Shown piece after piece: positions 16,754-25,568 of a stretch of DNA of 34,394 bases (positions are counted from its first letter, which is position 1; every line of letters starts with the position of its first letter). This stretch comes from an uncultured Candidatus Bathyarchaeia archaeon. GTDB taxonomy: Archaea > Thermoproteota > Bathyarchaeia > TCS64. The DNA is taken from the NCBI GenBank assembly GCA_964650675.1, contig CAZYUK010000001.1, positions 1 through 34,394 of the forward strand, written 5' to 3'. A model generated the notes under the pieces. That model searched no databases, was not told the origin of the DNA, and saw only the letters and a list, made by a program, of their open reading frames with translations. The translations under genes and the position numbers were made by a program.

Positions 16754-17091
16754 CTATAGTGTGCCGTATTTTTCGTAGACCTGCTTGAGCAGGGCACCGG
16801 CGACGAGCTCCTTCCTGGTGACCTTCTCGCTGTTCGCCCTCTCCATGCCTCTCCTCACAGCCTCCTCGGCTGCGGCCCCGGGGACAACGACCACGCCATC
16901 GATGTCGCCGAAGACCATGTCGCCGGGCTCGACGTTCACTCCGCCGCATTCTATCTTGCAATCGTAGTTGACTGCGATGCACCCCCCCTTCGATGAGATG
17001 GGCCTGGCGCCGGCCGCGAAGACCGGGAACCTCATCTCCTCAATCTGCCGTCTAGGACATCTGAGAGTATGCAGGAGGAGAGCCTCTCCAT
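16754..17091 (-). pseudogene. RraA-like / HMG-aldolase-family gene remnant with internal deletion
   Basis: The 93-aa ORF 16754..17035 is only the C-terminal part (MRFPVFAAGARP...CGGVNVEPGDMVFGDIDGVVVVP). A 19-codon ORF at 17091..17032 (MERLSSCILSDVLDGRLRR*) looks like the family N-terminus, in another frame, and abuts it via ATGA. The middle of the protein is missing. Confidence 0.55.
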
Positions 17092-17310
17092 GATAATTTC
17101 GTAGGGGACCGGCCTCATGCTAATAAAGGTCAACCCCTTGAGCCGCTTTCCCTGCTAGGCATTTAACATCATCCTCGAGGCACGGAGATACGGAGGGGCA
17201 GGAGAAGAGGCTGTCATTGGCTACAGGAAAATTAATGGAGCCCGAAAGCTCTATAAGTGCTCAAAAGATGCCTACGCCTATTAGGCTCAATTACCTAGCC
17301 GGTGTGGACG

Positions 17311-20139
17311 ATGGAGAGTAAACAGTGGCACGCGAAAAGCGTTGAAGATACGCTGAGGGACCTTAACGCCAACGAGAACGGCTTGACCTCGGAAGAGGTA
17401 GAGGCTAGGAGGAAGACCTACGGCTATAACGAGTTGAAGGAGAAGAAGCGGAGAACCGCGCTGCAGATGTTCCTCGGGGAATTCAAGGACATCTTCATCC
17501 TCCTGCTCCTCGCCGCCACGGTGTTATCCGCCGGAATAGGATATTACGAATCTATAGGGACGGGGAAGGGTTTCCTCGAGACCTACACGGATACCATAAC
17601 AATAACGATCATAGTTGTCCTAGTCGCGGTATCCGGTTTCGTCCAAGAGTACCGGGCTGAGAAGGCGATCGAGGCCTTGAAGAAGCTGACGGCGCCAAAG
17701 GCACGCGTCATACGGGACGGCAGGGAGACGATGATACCTGCCAGGGAGGTCGTGCCAGGTGACATGTTGGTCCTCGAGGCCGGTGACACAGTCCCCGCTG
17801 ATGCACGAGTCTTACAGGCTATCGAGTTGAAATCGGATGAGGCCATCCTGACCGGCGAATCCACGCCGGTGAACAAGTCCTTGGATATCGTTAGCCCCGA
17901 CGCGGCCGTCGCCGAGAGGAAAGACATGCTCTTCATGGCAACCCACACGATCTATGGCAGGGGCAAGGCCATCGTCACCTCCATCGGGATGGGCACGGAG
18001 TTCGGGAGAATCGCGGAACTTGTGCAGGAAGCTGAGGAGGAGGAGACCCCGCTTCAGAGGAAGCTGGACAGGTTTGCTAAAAAAATAGCCTACGGGGTAA
18101 TTGCTCTCGCGGCGGTTATTTTCGTCCTCGAACTCTTCGCTGAAGGATTAGGAATAAAGGCGTTTATCGACGCCTTCATGATTTCGATATCCCTGGCCAT
18201 ATCGGTCGTGCCCGAAGGGCTACCAGCGATAGTGACCATCACACTCGCCCTAGGGGCACGGGAGTTTGCGAGACGCCACGCCATCATAAGAAAATTATCT
18301 TCCACCGAGAGCCTTGGAGCCACCACCGTAATCTGTTCCGATAAGACAGGGACCTTAACTAAAGGGGAAATGACTGTACGACGAATATACGATGGGAAAT
18401 TCGTCGATGTCACCGGAGTAGGCTACGAGCCCAAAGGCGAGTTCAAGGTAGGTAACGAACCCATTAACCCCCTAGAAACCCCTGACCTTTCCCTGACGCT
18501 CACCATAGGCAGCCTATGCAATAATGCTAAACTGGAAAAGGACAATGGTAGCTGGCATATCATCGGTGACCCAACGGAGGGGGCCTTAATCGTCACCGCG
18601 GTCAAGGCCGGATTGGAATTAGGCGAACTCGAGAAACGGTATCCCCGCATCGGCGAAATTCCCTTTACCTCCGAAAAGAAACGGATGACCACGATCCATT
18701 CGAGTTCGGACGGAGGCAAAATCGCCTTCATGAAGGGGGCTCCGGAAATCGTTCTAGAGCTTTCCACCAACATCTTCGAGAATGGCGAAGAGAGGCAACT
18801 GACCGGATCTAAACGTGGGGAGCTCCTCGATATCAACGAGAAGTTGGCGTCCGAAGCCCTTCGTCTTCTCGGGATGGCCTACAAGAAACTGCCGAGCGGT
18901 CTAAAAGAATTCCGGGAGGAAAACATCGAGAAGGGCATGGTCTTCGTCGGTTTGGAGGGTATGATCGATCCGCCTCGAGAGGAGGCGATAGAGGCGAATA
19001 GAAAGTGTGAGCAGGCCGGAATAAAGACGGTCATGATCACTGGAGACCATAAACTAACCGCCACAGCCGTCGCCAAGGAAATTGGCATGATGAAGGAAGA
19101 CAGCACAGTCCTGACCGGTGTCGAGTTAGACCAGATGAGCGATGAGGAGTTTCAGGAGAAGGTGGAGAAGGTAGCTGTGTACGCACGTGTGTCGCCTGAA
19201 CACAAACTGCGCATAGTGGGGGCGTGGAAGAAGAGGGGGCAGATCGTCGCGATGACCGGCGACGGGGTGAACGACGCCCCGGCCGTCAAGAGCGCCGACA
19301 TAGGCATATCCATGGGCATCTCCGGCACAGACGTGACGCGGGAGGCCTCGGACATGGTTTTGACGGATGACAACTTCGCCACGATCGTCAGGGCGGTCGA
19401 GGAGGGCAGGGTCATCTACGACAACATCCGCAAATATGCGCGATTCCTCATATCATGCAACTTCGACGAGGTCCTCGTCATCGGCTCGTTCGCGCTGTTG
19501 GCGGGGCTCGCCGGGGCCGGAGGGGAGGTGCTCTTCCCCGTGCCCCTGCTGCCGGCAATGCTGCTATGGATAAACTTGGTCACGGACGGCGCGCCCGCCG
19601 TTTCCCTCGCACTCGACCCTCCGGAGGAGGATGTGATGAAACGCCGTCCGCGCAAATCCGGAGAGGGCATACTGCACGGCATGACCGCATTCATAATAGT
19701 ATCGTTTATTCTGCAGTCTGCAGGTACAATACTCCTGTTCGCCTTAAATTACTACATATTCCCGACTCATCCCTGGGGCTGGCCGAACGGGCCATTCATT
19801 GAGGCAAATCGGATACTCACCTTAGACGAAGCCAGGACAACCGCCTTCGTCCAGGCAACCCTGTTCGAGCTGTTCGTCGTCTGGAACTGTCGATCGGAGA
19901 AACGCAGTGTTTGGAGGATGGGGCGGGACGCCTTCAAAAACAAATGGTTCGTCATAGCCGAAATTGTGTCCATAGGCACCACCTTGGCTATACCCTACAT
20001 CCCGATAACTGCGTCCATGTTCCACCTAGTTCCACTAACCTCACTCGATCTAGCGCAGGTCATATTGGTGGCAAGCTGGGCCCTGTTCTTCGTGCTTCCG
20101 GAGAATCTCATGGACAAGAAGATTTGGCGCTGGGAATAG
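17311..20139 (+). CDS. P-type cation-transporting ATPase, P2A (Ca2+-ATPase-like)
   Basis: CSDKTGTLT, TGDHKLTA and TGDGVNDAPAVK. TM4 has VVPEGLPAIVT and TM6 has WINLVTDGAPAVSLALDPPEEDVM, as in SERCA-type pumps. The ORF opens at GTG 17302; ATG 17311 is preferred. Confidence 0.88.
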   Translation: MESKQWHAKSVEDTLRDLNANENGLTSEEVEARRKTYGYNELKEKKRRTALQMFLGEFKDIFILLLLAATVLSAGIGYYESIGTGKGFLETYTDTITITIIVVLVAVSGFVQEYRAEKAIEALKKLTAPKARVIRDGRETMIPAREVVPGDMLVLEAGDTVPADARVLQAIELKSDEAILTGESTPVNKSLDIVSPDAAVAERKDMLFMATHTIYGRGKAIVTSIGMGTEFGRIAELVQEAEEEETPLQRKLDRFAKKIAYGVIALAAVIFVLELFAEGLGIKAFIDAFMISISLAISVVPEGLPAIVTITLALGAREFARRHAIIRKLSSTESLGATTVICSDKTGTLTKGEMTVRRIYDGKFVDVTGVGYEPKGEFKVGNEPINPLETPDLSLTLTIGSLCNNAKLEKDNGSWHIIGDPTEGALIVTAVKAGLELGELEKRYPRIGEIPFTSEKKRMTTIHSSSDGGKIAFMKGAPEIVLELSTNIFENGEERQLTGSKRGELLDINEKLASEALRLLGMAYKKLPSGLKEFREENIEKGMVFVGLEGMIDPPREEAIEANRKCEQAGIKTVMITGDHKLTATAVAKEIGMMKEDSTVLTGVELDQMSDEEFQEKVEKVAVYARVSPEHKLRIVGAWKKRGQIVAMTGDGVNDAPAVKSADIGISMGISGTDVTREASDMVLTDDNFATIVRAVEEGRVIYDNIRKYARFLISCNFDEVLVIGSFALLAGLAGAGGEVLFPVPLLPAMLLWINLVTDGAPAVSLALDPPEEDVMKRRPRKSGEGILHGMTAFIIVSFILQSAGTILLFALNYYIFPTHPWGWPNGPFIEANRILTLDEARTTAFVQATLFELFVVWNCRSEKRSVWRMGRDAFKNKWFVIAEIVSIGTTLAIPYIPITASMFHLVPLTSLDLAQVILVASWALFFVLPENLMDKKIWRWE

Positions 20140-20157
20140 AGGCATGGTGGAACAAAG

Positions 20158-20361
20158 ATGAGGAAATCTGATAAGGTCTGGATTGTTGCATTTATGTTGT
20201 TTTGGCTGTCGTTCATTGTAACCTTCCTTGTCGATTACCTTGGCATCATCGAGACTAGCAACATAGGATACGTGGAGACGATCTGGATTTCATGGCTGGT
20301 GTGGACGGCGGGGCTAGGTATAGCTCTGGTGATCATCGCATCCTTCGTCATAAAAGAATGA
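20158..20361 (+). CDS. small membrane protein (67 aa, two predicted TM helices)
   Basis: GGTGG SD 8 nt upstream of the ATG, 18 nt after the ATPase stop. Two hydrophobic stretches: VWIVAFMLFWLSFIVTFLV and IWISWLVWTAGLGIALVIIASFV. Confidence 0.5.
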   Translation: MRKSDKVWIVAFMLFWLSFIVTFLVDYLGIIETSNIGYVETIWISWLVWTAGLGIALVIIASFVIKE

Positions 20362-20386
20362 GGCCACGGCGGGCACGGCCCTGCAT

Positions 20387-23002
20387 TCACCTCTCGCCGA
20401 CGTACTTACAGGCCTCAATCCAGATCGTTGCGATGACCGAGGCAGCGACCACAGTGGCCCAGTCAATCAAGTTCAGCGCCGAGACCTTGACTAGGCCCTG
20501 CAGGAAGGGGACGTAGATGACGGCCAGCAGGAGACCTATGGCGGAGAGTGCCCAGAGGACCATCACCCTGTTAGAGAGAATTCCGCGTTTTAGCAATGGC
20601 TCCTTCTCCGACCGCCTCACGAAGGCGAGCAGTATGTGGCTAACGATCCAAGCCGAGAATGCGACAGTTTGAGCGTAGACGAGGTCACCACTCCGGTAAT
20701 ACACGGTTAGGTAGCAGAAGCTTACAGCCACGAATAGGCTTATGGCGCTGGCGAAGATCACCATGAGGGTCCCTCTGTCTAAGAACTTCGCTGAGGGGTC
20801 CCTGGGCGGCCTGGTCATCAAGTCCGGCTCGAATCCCTCGGCGACGAAGCCGCTCGACGCGGCCAAGTCCATGAACATCTCGAGCAATATGATCTGTATC
20901 GGGGCGAATGGCAGAGGCACGTTGAGAATTATTGGGAGAGTGAATATCAAAACAAGTGCCACCTTAACGGCGAGGTAGTACTTGACCCCCTTCCGGAGAT
21001 TGTCAAATATCTTCCGCCCCTCACGAACCGCGCTGCCTATGCTGACGAAGTTGTCGTCTGTGAGAACGATGTCCGCGGCCTCCTTCGCCGCATCCGTCCC
21101 CCTCACACCCATGGCGATCCCGATCGCTGCCTCCTTCAGGGCTGGCGCGTCGTTCACGCCGTCCCCAGTGACGGCCACGACCTGATTGGCCTCCTTCAGG
21201 ATCCTCACTATCCGGAGCTTGTGCTCTGGCGTGATTCGCGCGAATACGCTCGTCGTCTTCAGGGCCTCACCCAGCTCGGCATCGCTCATCTCGGATACCC
21301 TTGGCCCAATTAGAACCGATTCTGACTCGATGCCGACCTGGGCAGCTACCGCCTTCGCCGTCTCGGGATGGTCCCCCGTGAGCATGATCACCCGGATCCC
21401 CGCGCCTCTGCACATCTTAACCACATCGGAGACCTCCTTCCTGGGTGGATCGATGAAGCCGATGAACCCTACGAAGATCATTTCGCTCACCTGCTCCTCG
21501 TCGATGTCTGCATTTCGCACATCCTTGTAGGCGACCCCGATCGACCGTTCGCCCATCTGGGTTATCCTGTCAAGCGCGTCATCCGCCTGAGCCCGATCCG
21601 ATGATCTTAAGGCTACTACCTTCCTACCCATCAGAATCTTCGACGACTTGGCCAACACGGCCTCGGGCGCTCCGCTGGTGTAGACGCGAAGCCTGCCCCC
21701 CTCATCGTAGAAGTAGGACGCGGTCTTGCTCCTCAAGTCGAAGCTGAGCTCACTCACAAGGGTTCTCTTCGCCAACTCATCCAGGTTTAGGCCAGACTTC
21801 TCCGCTGAGTCGACCAGGGCGGCGCCCATCGGGTTCACGCCGCGGAGCCGTTCGCTTAAGAGCGTCGTTTGAGCCCTTGTTGCCATAATGGCCATCTCAA
21901 GCTTCTCTCGCATTGATGGTTCCGTGGTCAACTCTGATAGCTTGCCATCCGAGTATACGTGACCCAGCTTCATTGTGCTCTCGGTTATGGTGCCCGTCTT
22001 GTCTGTGCATATTACTGTGACGCTGCCCAGCGTCTCCGAAGCCCTCAGGCGCTTGACCAGGGCGCCACGTCTGCTGAGGGCATACGTACCCACAGCCAGC
22101 ACCATGGTGATTATGATTGGCAGCTCCTCTGGGATGACAGCGAAGGACAGCGACAGGCCGGTGAGGATCATCGTCTGCAGCGGCTGGCCCCTCAAGTAGC
22201 CGAGGGCTGGGATCGAGACGCTGAAGAACAGCGCAATCCACACCAATGTCCCGGAGAGCTGCTCCATCGCCTCCTGGAGCGGGGTCTCCTCCTCCTCGGC
22301 CTCCTCTGTCAGCGTCGCTATGTGTCCAAGCTCCGTGTTGCGGCCGGTGGCGGTGACGATCGCGACGCCTTCGCCCTGGACGATGAGGGTCCCGGACAGA
22401 ACCATGTTTGTCAGGTCCATGATCTGAGCCCCGCTGGGTAATGTGGCTTCCACGGTTTTCTGCACGGGGAATGACTCACCCGTCAGACTCGACTCATCTA
22501 GTTGGAGGCCATAAGATCTGTACAACCTGGAGTCGGCTGGGATCCTCTCACCTACGCTGAGGGGTAGGACATCGCCGGGGACAAGCTCGGCTGAGTCGAC
22601 CTCGCTGACCTTACCATCCCTGAGCACAAGCGGCATCGGCTCGGTCAGCTCCCTCAGCGACTCTATCCCCCGCTCAGCCTTCCACTCGTTGTAGACCTCG
22701 CTTAAGACGAGGACGGCGATCACCGTGAAGATCGTCGCGGCGTCGAGTATGCTGCCCCAGATGCTGTAGAGTACACCGACGCCTATCAGCAGGAGGATCA
22801 TTGGCTCTCTGGACTCTTCCTTTAGCGCTGACCAGAATGTCTCCTTCTCCGCCTCGCCCAGTGCATTCTTACCATACTTCTCGAGCCTATTTTTCGCCTC
22901 AGGCGACGTGAGACCCTTATCCGGGTCGGTTCCAAGCTCCCTAATCAAATCATCAATTCCTATGGTAGCAGCTCTAGCGGTCTCTGAGGTTTCTGTCATC
23001 AC
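20387..23002 (-). CDS. P-type cation-transporting ATPase (P2-like, divergent ion-site motifs)
   Basis: CTDKTGTIT, LTGDHPETA and TGDGVNDAPALKEA. TM4 is VIPEELPIIIT and TM6 is LLEMFMDLAASSGF, so neither PEGLP nor NLVTDG is present. An AT-rich TATA region lies at 23044-23060 upstream. Confidence 0.88.
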   Translation of the reverse strand: MMTETSETARAATIGIDDLIRELGTDPDKGLTSPEAKNRLEKYGKNALGEAEKETFWSALKEESREPMILLLIGVGVLYSIWGSILDAATIFTVIAVLVLSEVYNEWKAERGIESLRELTEPMPLVLRDGKVSEVDSAELVPGDVLPLSVGERIPADSRLYRSYGLQLDESSLTGESFPVQKTVEATLPSGAQIMDLTNMVLSGTLIVQGEGVAIVTATGRNTELGHIATLTEEAEEEETPLQEAMEQLSGTLVWIALFFSVSIPALGYLRGQPLQTMILTGLSLSFAVIPEELPIIITMVLAVGTYALSRRGALVKRLRASETLGSVTVICTDKTGTITESTMKLGHVYSDGKLSELTTEPSMREKLEMAIMATRAQTTLLSERLRGVNPMGAALVDSAEKSGLNLDELAKRTLVSELSFDLRSKTASYFYDEGGRLRVYTSGAPEAVLAKSSKILMGRKVVALRSSDRAQADDALDRITQMGERSIGVAYKDVRNADIDEEQVSEMIFVGFIGFIDPPRKEVSDVVKMCRGAGIRVIMLTGDHPETAKAVAAQVGIESESVLIGPRVSEMSDAELGEALKTTSVFARITPEHKLRIVRILKEANQVVAVTGDGVNDAPALKEAAIGIAMGVRGTDAAKEAADIVLTDDNFVSIGSAVREGRKIFDNLRKGVKYYLAVKVALVLIFTLPIILNVPLPFAPIQIILLEMFMDLAASSGFVAEGFEPDLMTRPPRDPSAKFLDRGTLMVIFASAISLFVAVSFCYLTVYYRSGDLVYAQTVAFSAWIVSHILLAFVRRSEKEPLLKRGILSNRVMVLWALSAIGLLLAVIYVPFLQGLVKVSALNLIDWATVVAASVIATIWIEACKYVGER

Positions 23003-23111
23003 GGAATCAGCTCCGGCATATGTTAGCCCTTACTTCATATTTGTTTTTATAATAATTTTTCCTTGATATCACACGCGAGTCGCGCACGAGCTTTGGTCAT
23101 ATATACTTGTT

Positions 23112-24401
23112 TCATCGTCGAGAGCGGGTGTAGGCTTCCCTGTATGAGTTTAATATTTTTTCAATATCCTTCTCCGTATGCGCCAAGCCTGTGAATGCGA
23201 AGTGGCCTGGCAGCTTGAAGACCCCACTGTTTATCAGATCCAGATCATTTCTGAAGAGCCTCGCCCTGTCTGCCTTCATGAACTCTCTCAAGTTCCGATA
23301 TGGTCTATCTATGAAGTGAGCTTCCCATACCGAAAATTTGCCAACCACTTGGACAGGGATCTTTACATCTTCAACTATCCCCCTCAGCCCTGCCCTGATC
23401 CTCTCAGCCGTGCCATTGATGTGTCGGTACACCTCGCCTTCATGCCTGTCTAGGTACTCTAATGTAGCGATGCCGACCGAGGCCGTGAAGGGGTTCCCGC
23501 AGAACGTGCCACTTTGATAGACCCGCTCCCCTACTTTGCCGCCGTGGGTAGGCGATACAAACTCCATGATGTCCCCCCTACCACCGTAGGCTCCTACGGG
23601 AGCCCCGCCCCCTATCACCTTCCCAAGCAGGGTTATATCCGGCCTGACTCCGAGGTAGCCTTGTGCGCAGCTCATATTACCCCAACGGAAACCGACCATC
23701 ACCTCATCGAATATCAGAGGTATGTCGTTGTCGGCGGTGACCTCCCTGATCGCCTTCAGGTACTCCCTATCAGGCTCGACGAAGCCGAGGCCTGTGCCCG
23801 AGATGGGCTCCATCAACACGCAGGCGAGCTCATCGGCGTGCCTCTCGATCTGCCTCACGGCCGAGTCGACGTCGTTCCAAGGGACTATCACAAAGTCTTC
23901 AATGATGTGACCCAGGCCGAGGGAGTGTGGCACCGGGACCGGCTCTTTGGATGGGCCATCGAACTCTGATGTACTCGCCAAAGACCAGTCAGAGGTCCCA
24001 TGGTAGGATCCCTCGGGTTTGCATACCTTGCTCCGCCCCGTGTAACCCCTCGCCAACCTAACAGCATAGGTGACGGCCTCGGAGCCAGAGTTAACGAATC
24101 GGATCTTCTCTATTGATGGAACATGCTTGGCGATGATCTTCGCCCACCGATACAGCGTTTCGGGTGGTGCGCCATACTGTATTCCCCTCTCCTTTGCTTC
24201 CTCGAGCGTCTCCTGGACCTTAGGATGGTTGTGGCCGAGGATCATCGGTCCGTAGCCACAGTGAACATCGATGTACTCCAGCCCGTCCACATCCCAGAGC
24301 CTGGCCCCCTTCGCCTTTGCGAAGTACAGCGGGAAGGGCTTCCTGAACTGGCCGTACGCCGAGACTCCACCAGGAAGATACTTCGAGGCTTCGAGCCACA
24401 T
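23112..24401 (-). CDS. class-III PLP aminotransferase (glutamate-1-semialdehyde aminomutase-like)
   Basis: YLPGGVS, FVNSGSEAVTYAVRLARGYTG, and DEVMVGFRWG...PDITLLGKVIGGGAPVGAYGG with the PLP lysine in GK. It lies 76 nt downstream of phnX on the same strand. Confidence 0.8.
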   Translation of the reverse strand: MWLEASKYLPGGVSAYGQFRKPFPLYFAKAKGARLWDVDGLEYIDVHCGYGPMILGHNHPKVQETLEEAKERGIQYGAPPETLYRWAKIIAKHVPSIEKIRFVNSGSEAVTYAVRLARGYTGRSKVCKPEGSYHGTSDWSLASTSEFDGPSKEPVPVPHSLGLGHIIEDFVIVPWNDVDSAVRQIERHADELACVLMEPISGTGLGFVEPDREYLKAIREVTADNDIPLIFDEVMVGFRWGNMSCAQGYLGVRPDITLLGKVIGGGAPVGAYGGRGDIMEFVSPTHGGKVGERVYQSGTFCGNPFTASVGIATLEYLDRHEGEVYRHINGTAERIRAGLRGIVEDVKIPVQVVGKFSVWEAHFIDRPYRNLREFMKADRARLFRNDLDLINSGVFKLPGHFAFTGLAHTEKDIEKILNSYREAYTRSRR

Positions 24402-24477
24402 CTTACGGGACTTCGGGTGTAGCCTCTTATACTCGTCCTCGGGATCGTAGACTGATATTTCTTGACACCTGCTTCGC

Positions 24478-25326
24478 TTAGGGCGCCTCGCCCCTCCTCA
24501 GCCTCTCCTCGATCCTCTCAACGATTGATGGCAGCTGAGAGATGCCCTCGATGACATAGTGGGCTCCGGCCCGCCGAAGCTTATCGTCAGCCTCAGCGAT
24601 CATTGACCTCAGCTTTGGCGCCGGCGTGTCCCTGATCTCCTCCTCATCGAGCCCCACAAGCGTCCCCGTCTTCGAGATGCCCACCGCCCATGTTCCGACG
24701 TTGAGGCCCTCCTCTACACCGACGACCGTGTCATCTACCTTCACGACCGCCGCCGGTGGATACACATCCGTCTCCATCATGTTCCTCATCACCATCCACG
24801 GGCTTGGCCTCCCAGCCGGAACATCATCTGAACAGAACGTCGCGTCCGGCCTGTAACCTTGCTTCGTGGCCTCCTCTAAATTGATCTCTGAGGCTTCTCT
24901 GAAGTACCCCGTTGTTGATCCGATCTTCACGCCCTTCCTTCGAATACGCTCTACTGCCTCAACGGTTCCAGAAATCAGCTTAGAGTAGCGACGGATCACC
25001 TCCAATTGGACGGGCTTGAACAAGTTTTCGAACATGTCCTCGACGTCGGTATCCGTCCATTCTCTTCCGTATTTTTCCTTCCACTTATTTTGTACATCGG
25101 GGTACCATTCAAAGATGCATTTTATGTGATCCCTCTTGTGTCTCCCCATGGGCCCTCTGGCTTGCTCCATGGAGATATCGATACCCTTTCTCCTGAATAC
25201 CTCAATAAACGCTACAGTAGGTGCATAGCATCCATAATCTACTGTTACACCGGCCCAATCGAGAACGACCAGCCTCACGGGGCCCTTGTATCTCCTATTA
25301 TATTCTAAATATTGAGTTAGTTCCAT
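24478..25326 (-). CDS. phnX: phosphonoacetaldehyde hydrolase (phosphonatase)
   Basis: HAD nucleophile context VLDWAGVTVDYGCYAP, Schiff-base lysine context ARGPMGRHKRDH, KIGSTTGY, DDVPAGRPSPWM and KVDDTVVGVEEG. All are colinear with bacterial PhnX as I remember it. Confidence 0.8.
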   Translation of the reverse strand: MELTQYLEYNRRYKGPVRLVVLDWAGVTVDYGCYAPTVAFIEVFRRKGIDISMEQARGPMGRHKRDHIKCIFEWYPDVQNKWKEKYGREWTDTDVEDMFENLFKPVQLEVIRRYSKLISGTVEAVERIRRKGVKIGSTTGYFREASEINLEEATKQGYRPDATFCSDDVPAGRPSPWMVMRNMMETDVYPPAAVVKVDDTVVGVEEGLNVGTWAVGISKTGTLVGLDEEEIRDTPAPKLRSMIAEADDKLRRAGAHYVIEGISQLPSIVERIEERLRRGEAP

Positions 25327-25424
25327 CGGAGAATCGCTTCATTGAAAAAAGAAGAATGACTTTAATAACCTTTACCGGACAAGGTTGCCCCTTCCTCCAA
25401 CGCCTTTAGGCTAATGTTGTAGAT

Positions 25425-25501
25425 TGGCGGGTCCGGAGGGATTCGAACCCTCGGCCAACGGCTTAAGAGGCCGCCGCTCTGCCTTGCTGAGCTACGAACC
25501 C
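25425..25501 (-). tRNA. tRNA-Lys (anticodon CUU), CCA encoded
   Basis: Minus-strand sequence GGGTTCGTAGCTCAGCAAGGCAGAGCGGCGGCCTCTTAAGCCGTTGGCCGAGGGTTCGAATCCCTCCGGACCCGCCA folds as a 77-nt cloverleaf: 7-bp acceptor stem (one GU), D stem GCTC/GAGC, anticodon loop CTCTTAA, T loop TTCGAAT. TTTAAAT box about 34 nt upstream. Confidence 0.93.
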
Positions 25502-25563
25502 ACTCGCCAACACTCATACAGGAGTCAAAATTTAAATGTTTCAGCCACTGTTGATAGGCGCCT

Positions 25564-25568
25564 AAAAA
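25564..25568 (-). terminator. T5 tract directly after the rpl18e stop
   Basis: Minus strand reads TAA-TTTTTAGG. This is a candidate end of the rps13-rpl18e operon transcript. Confidence 0.3.

Noticed and set aside
17036-17310. Searched for a direct repeat of the tRNA-Lys 3' end (att site) at the far border of the low-GC block
   Set aside because: Only a 7-mer (CGGAGGG) matches. With no convincing att repeat and no integrase, I do not call a mobile element.
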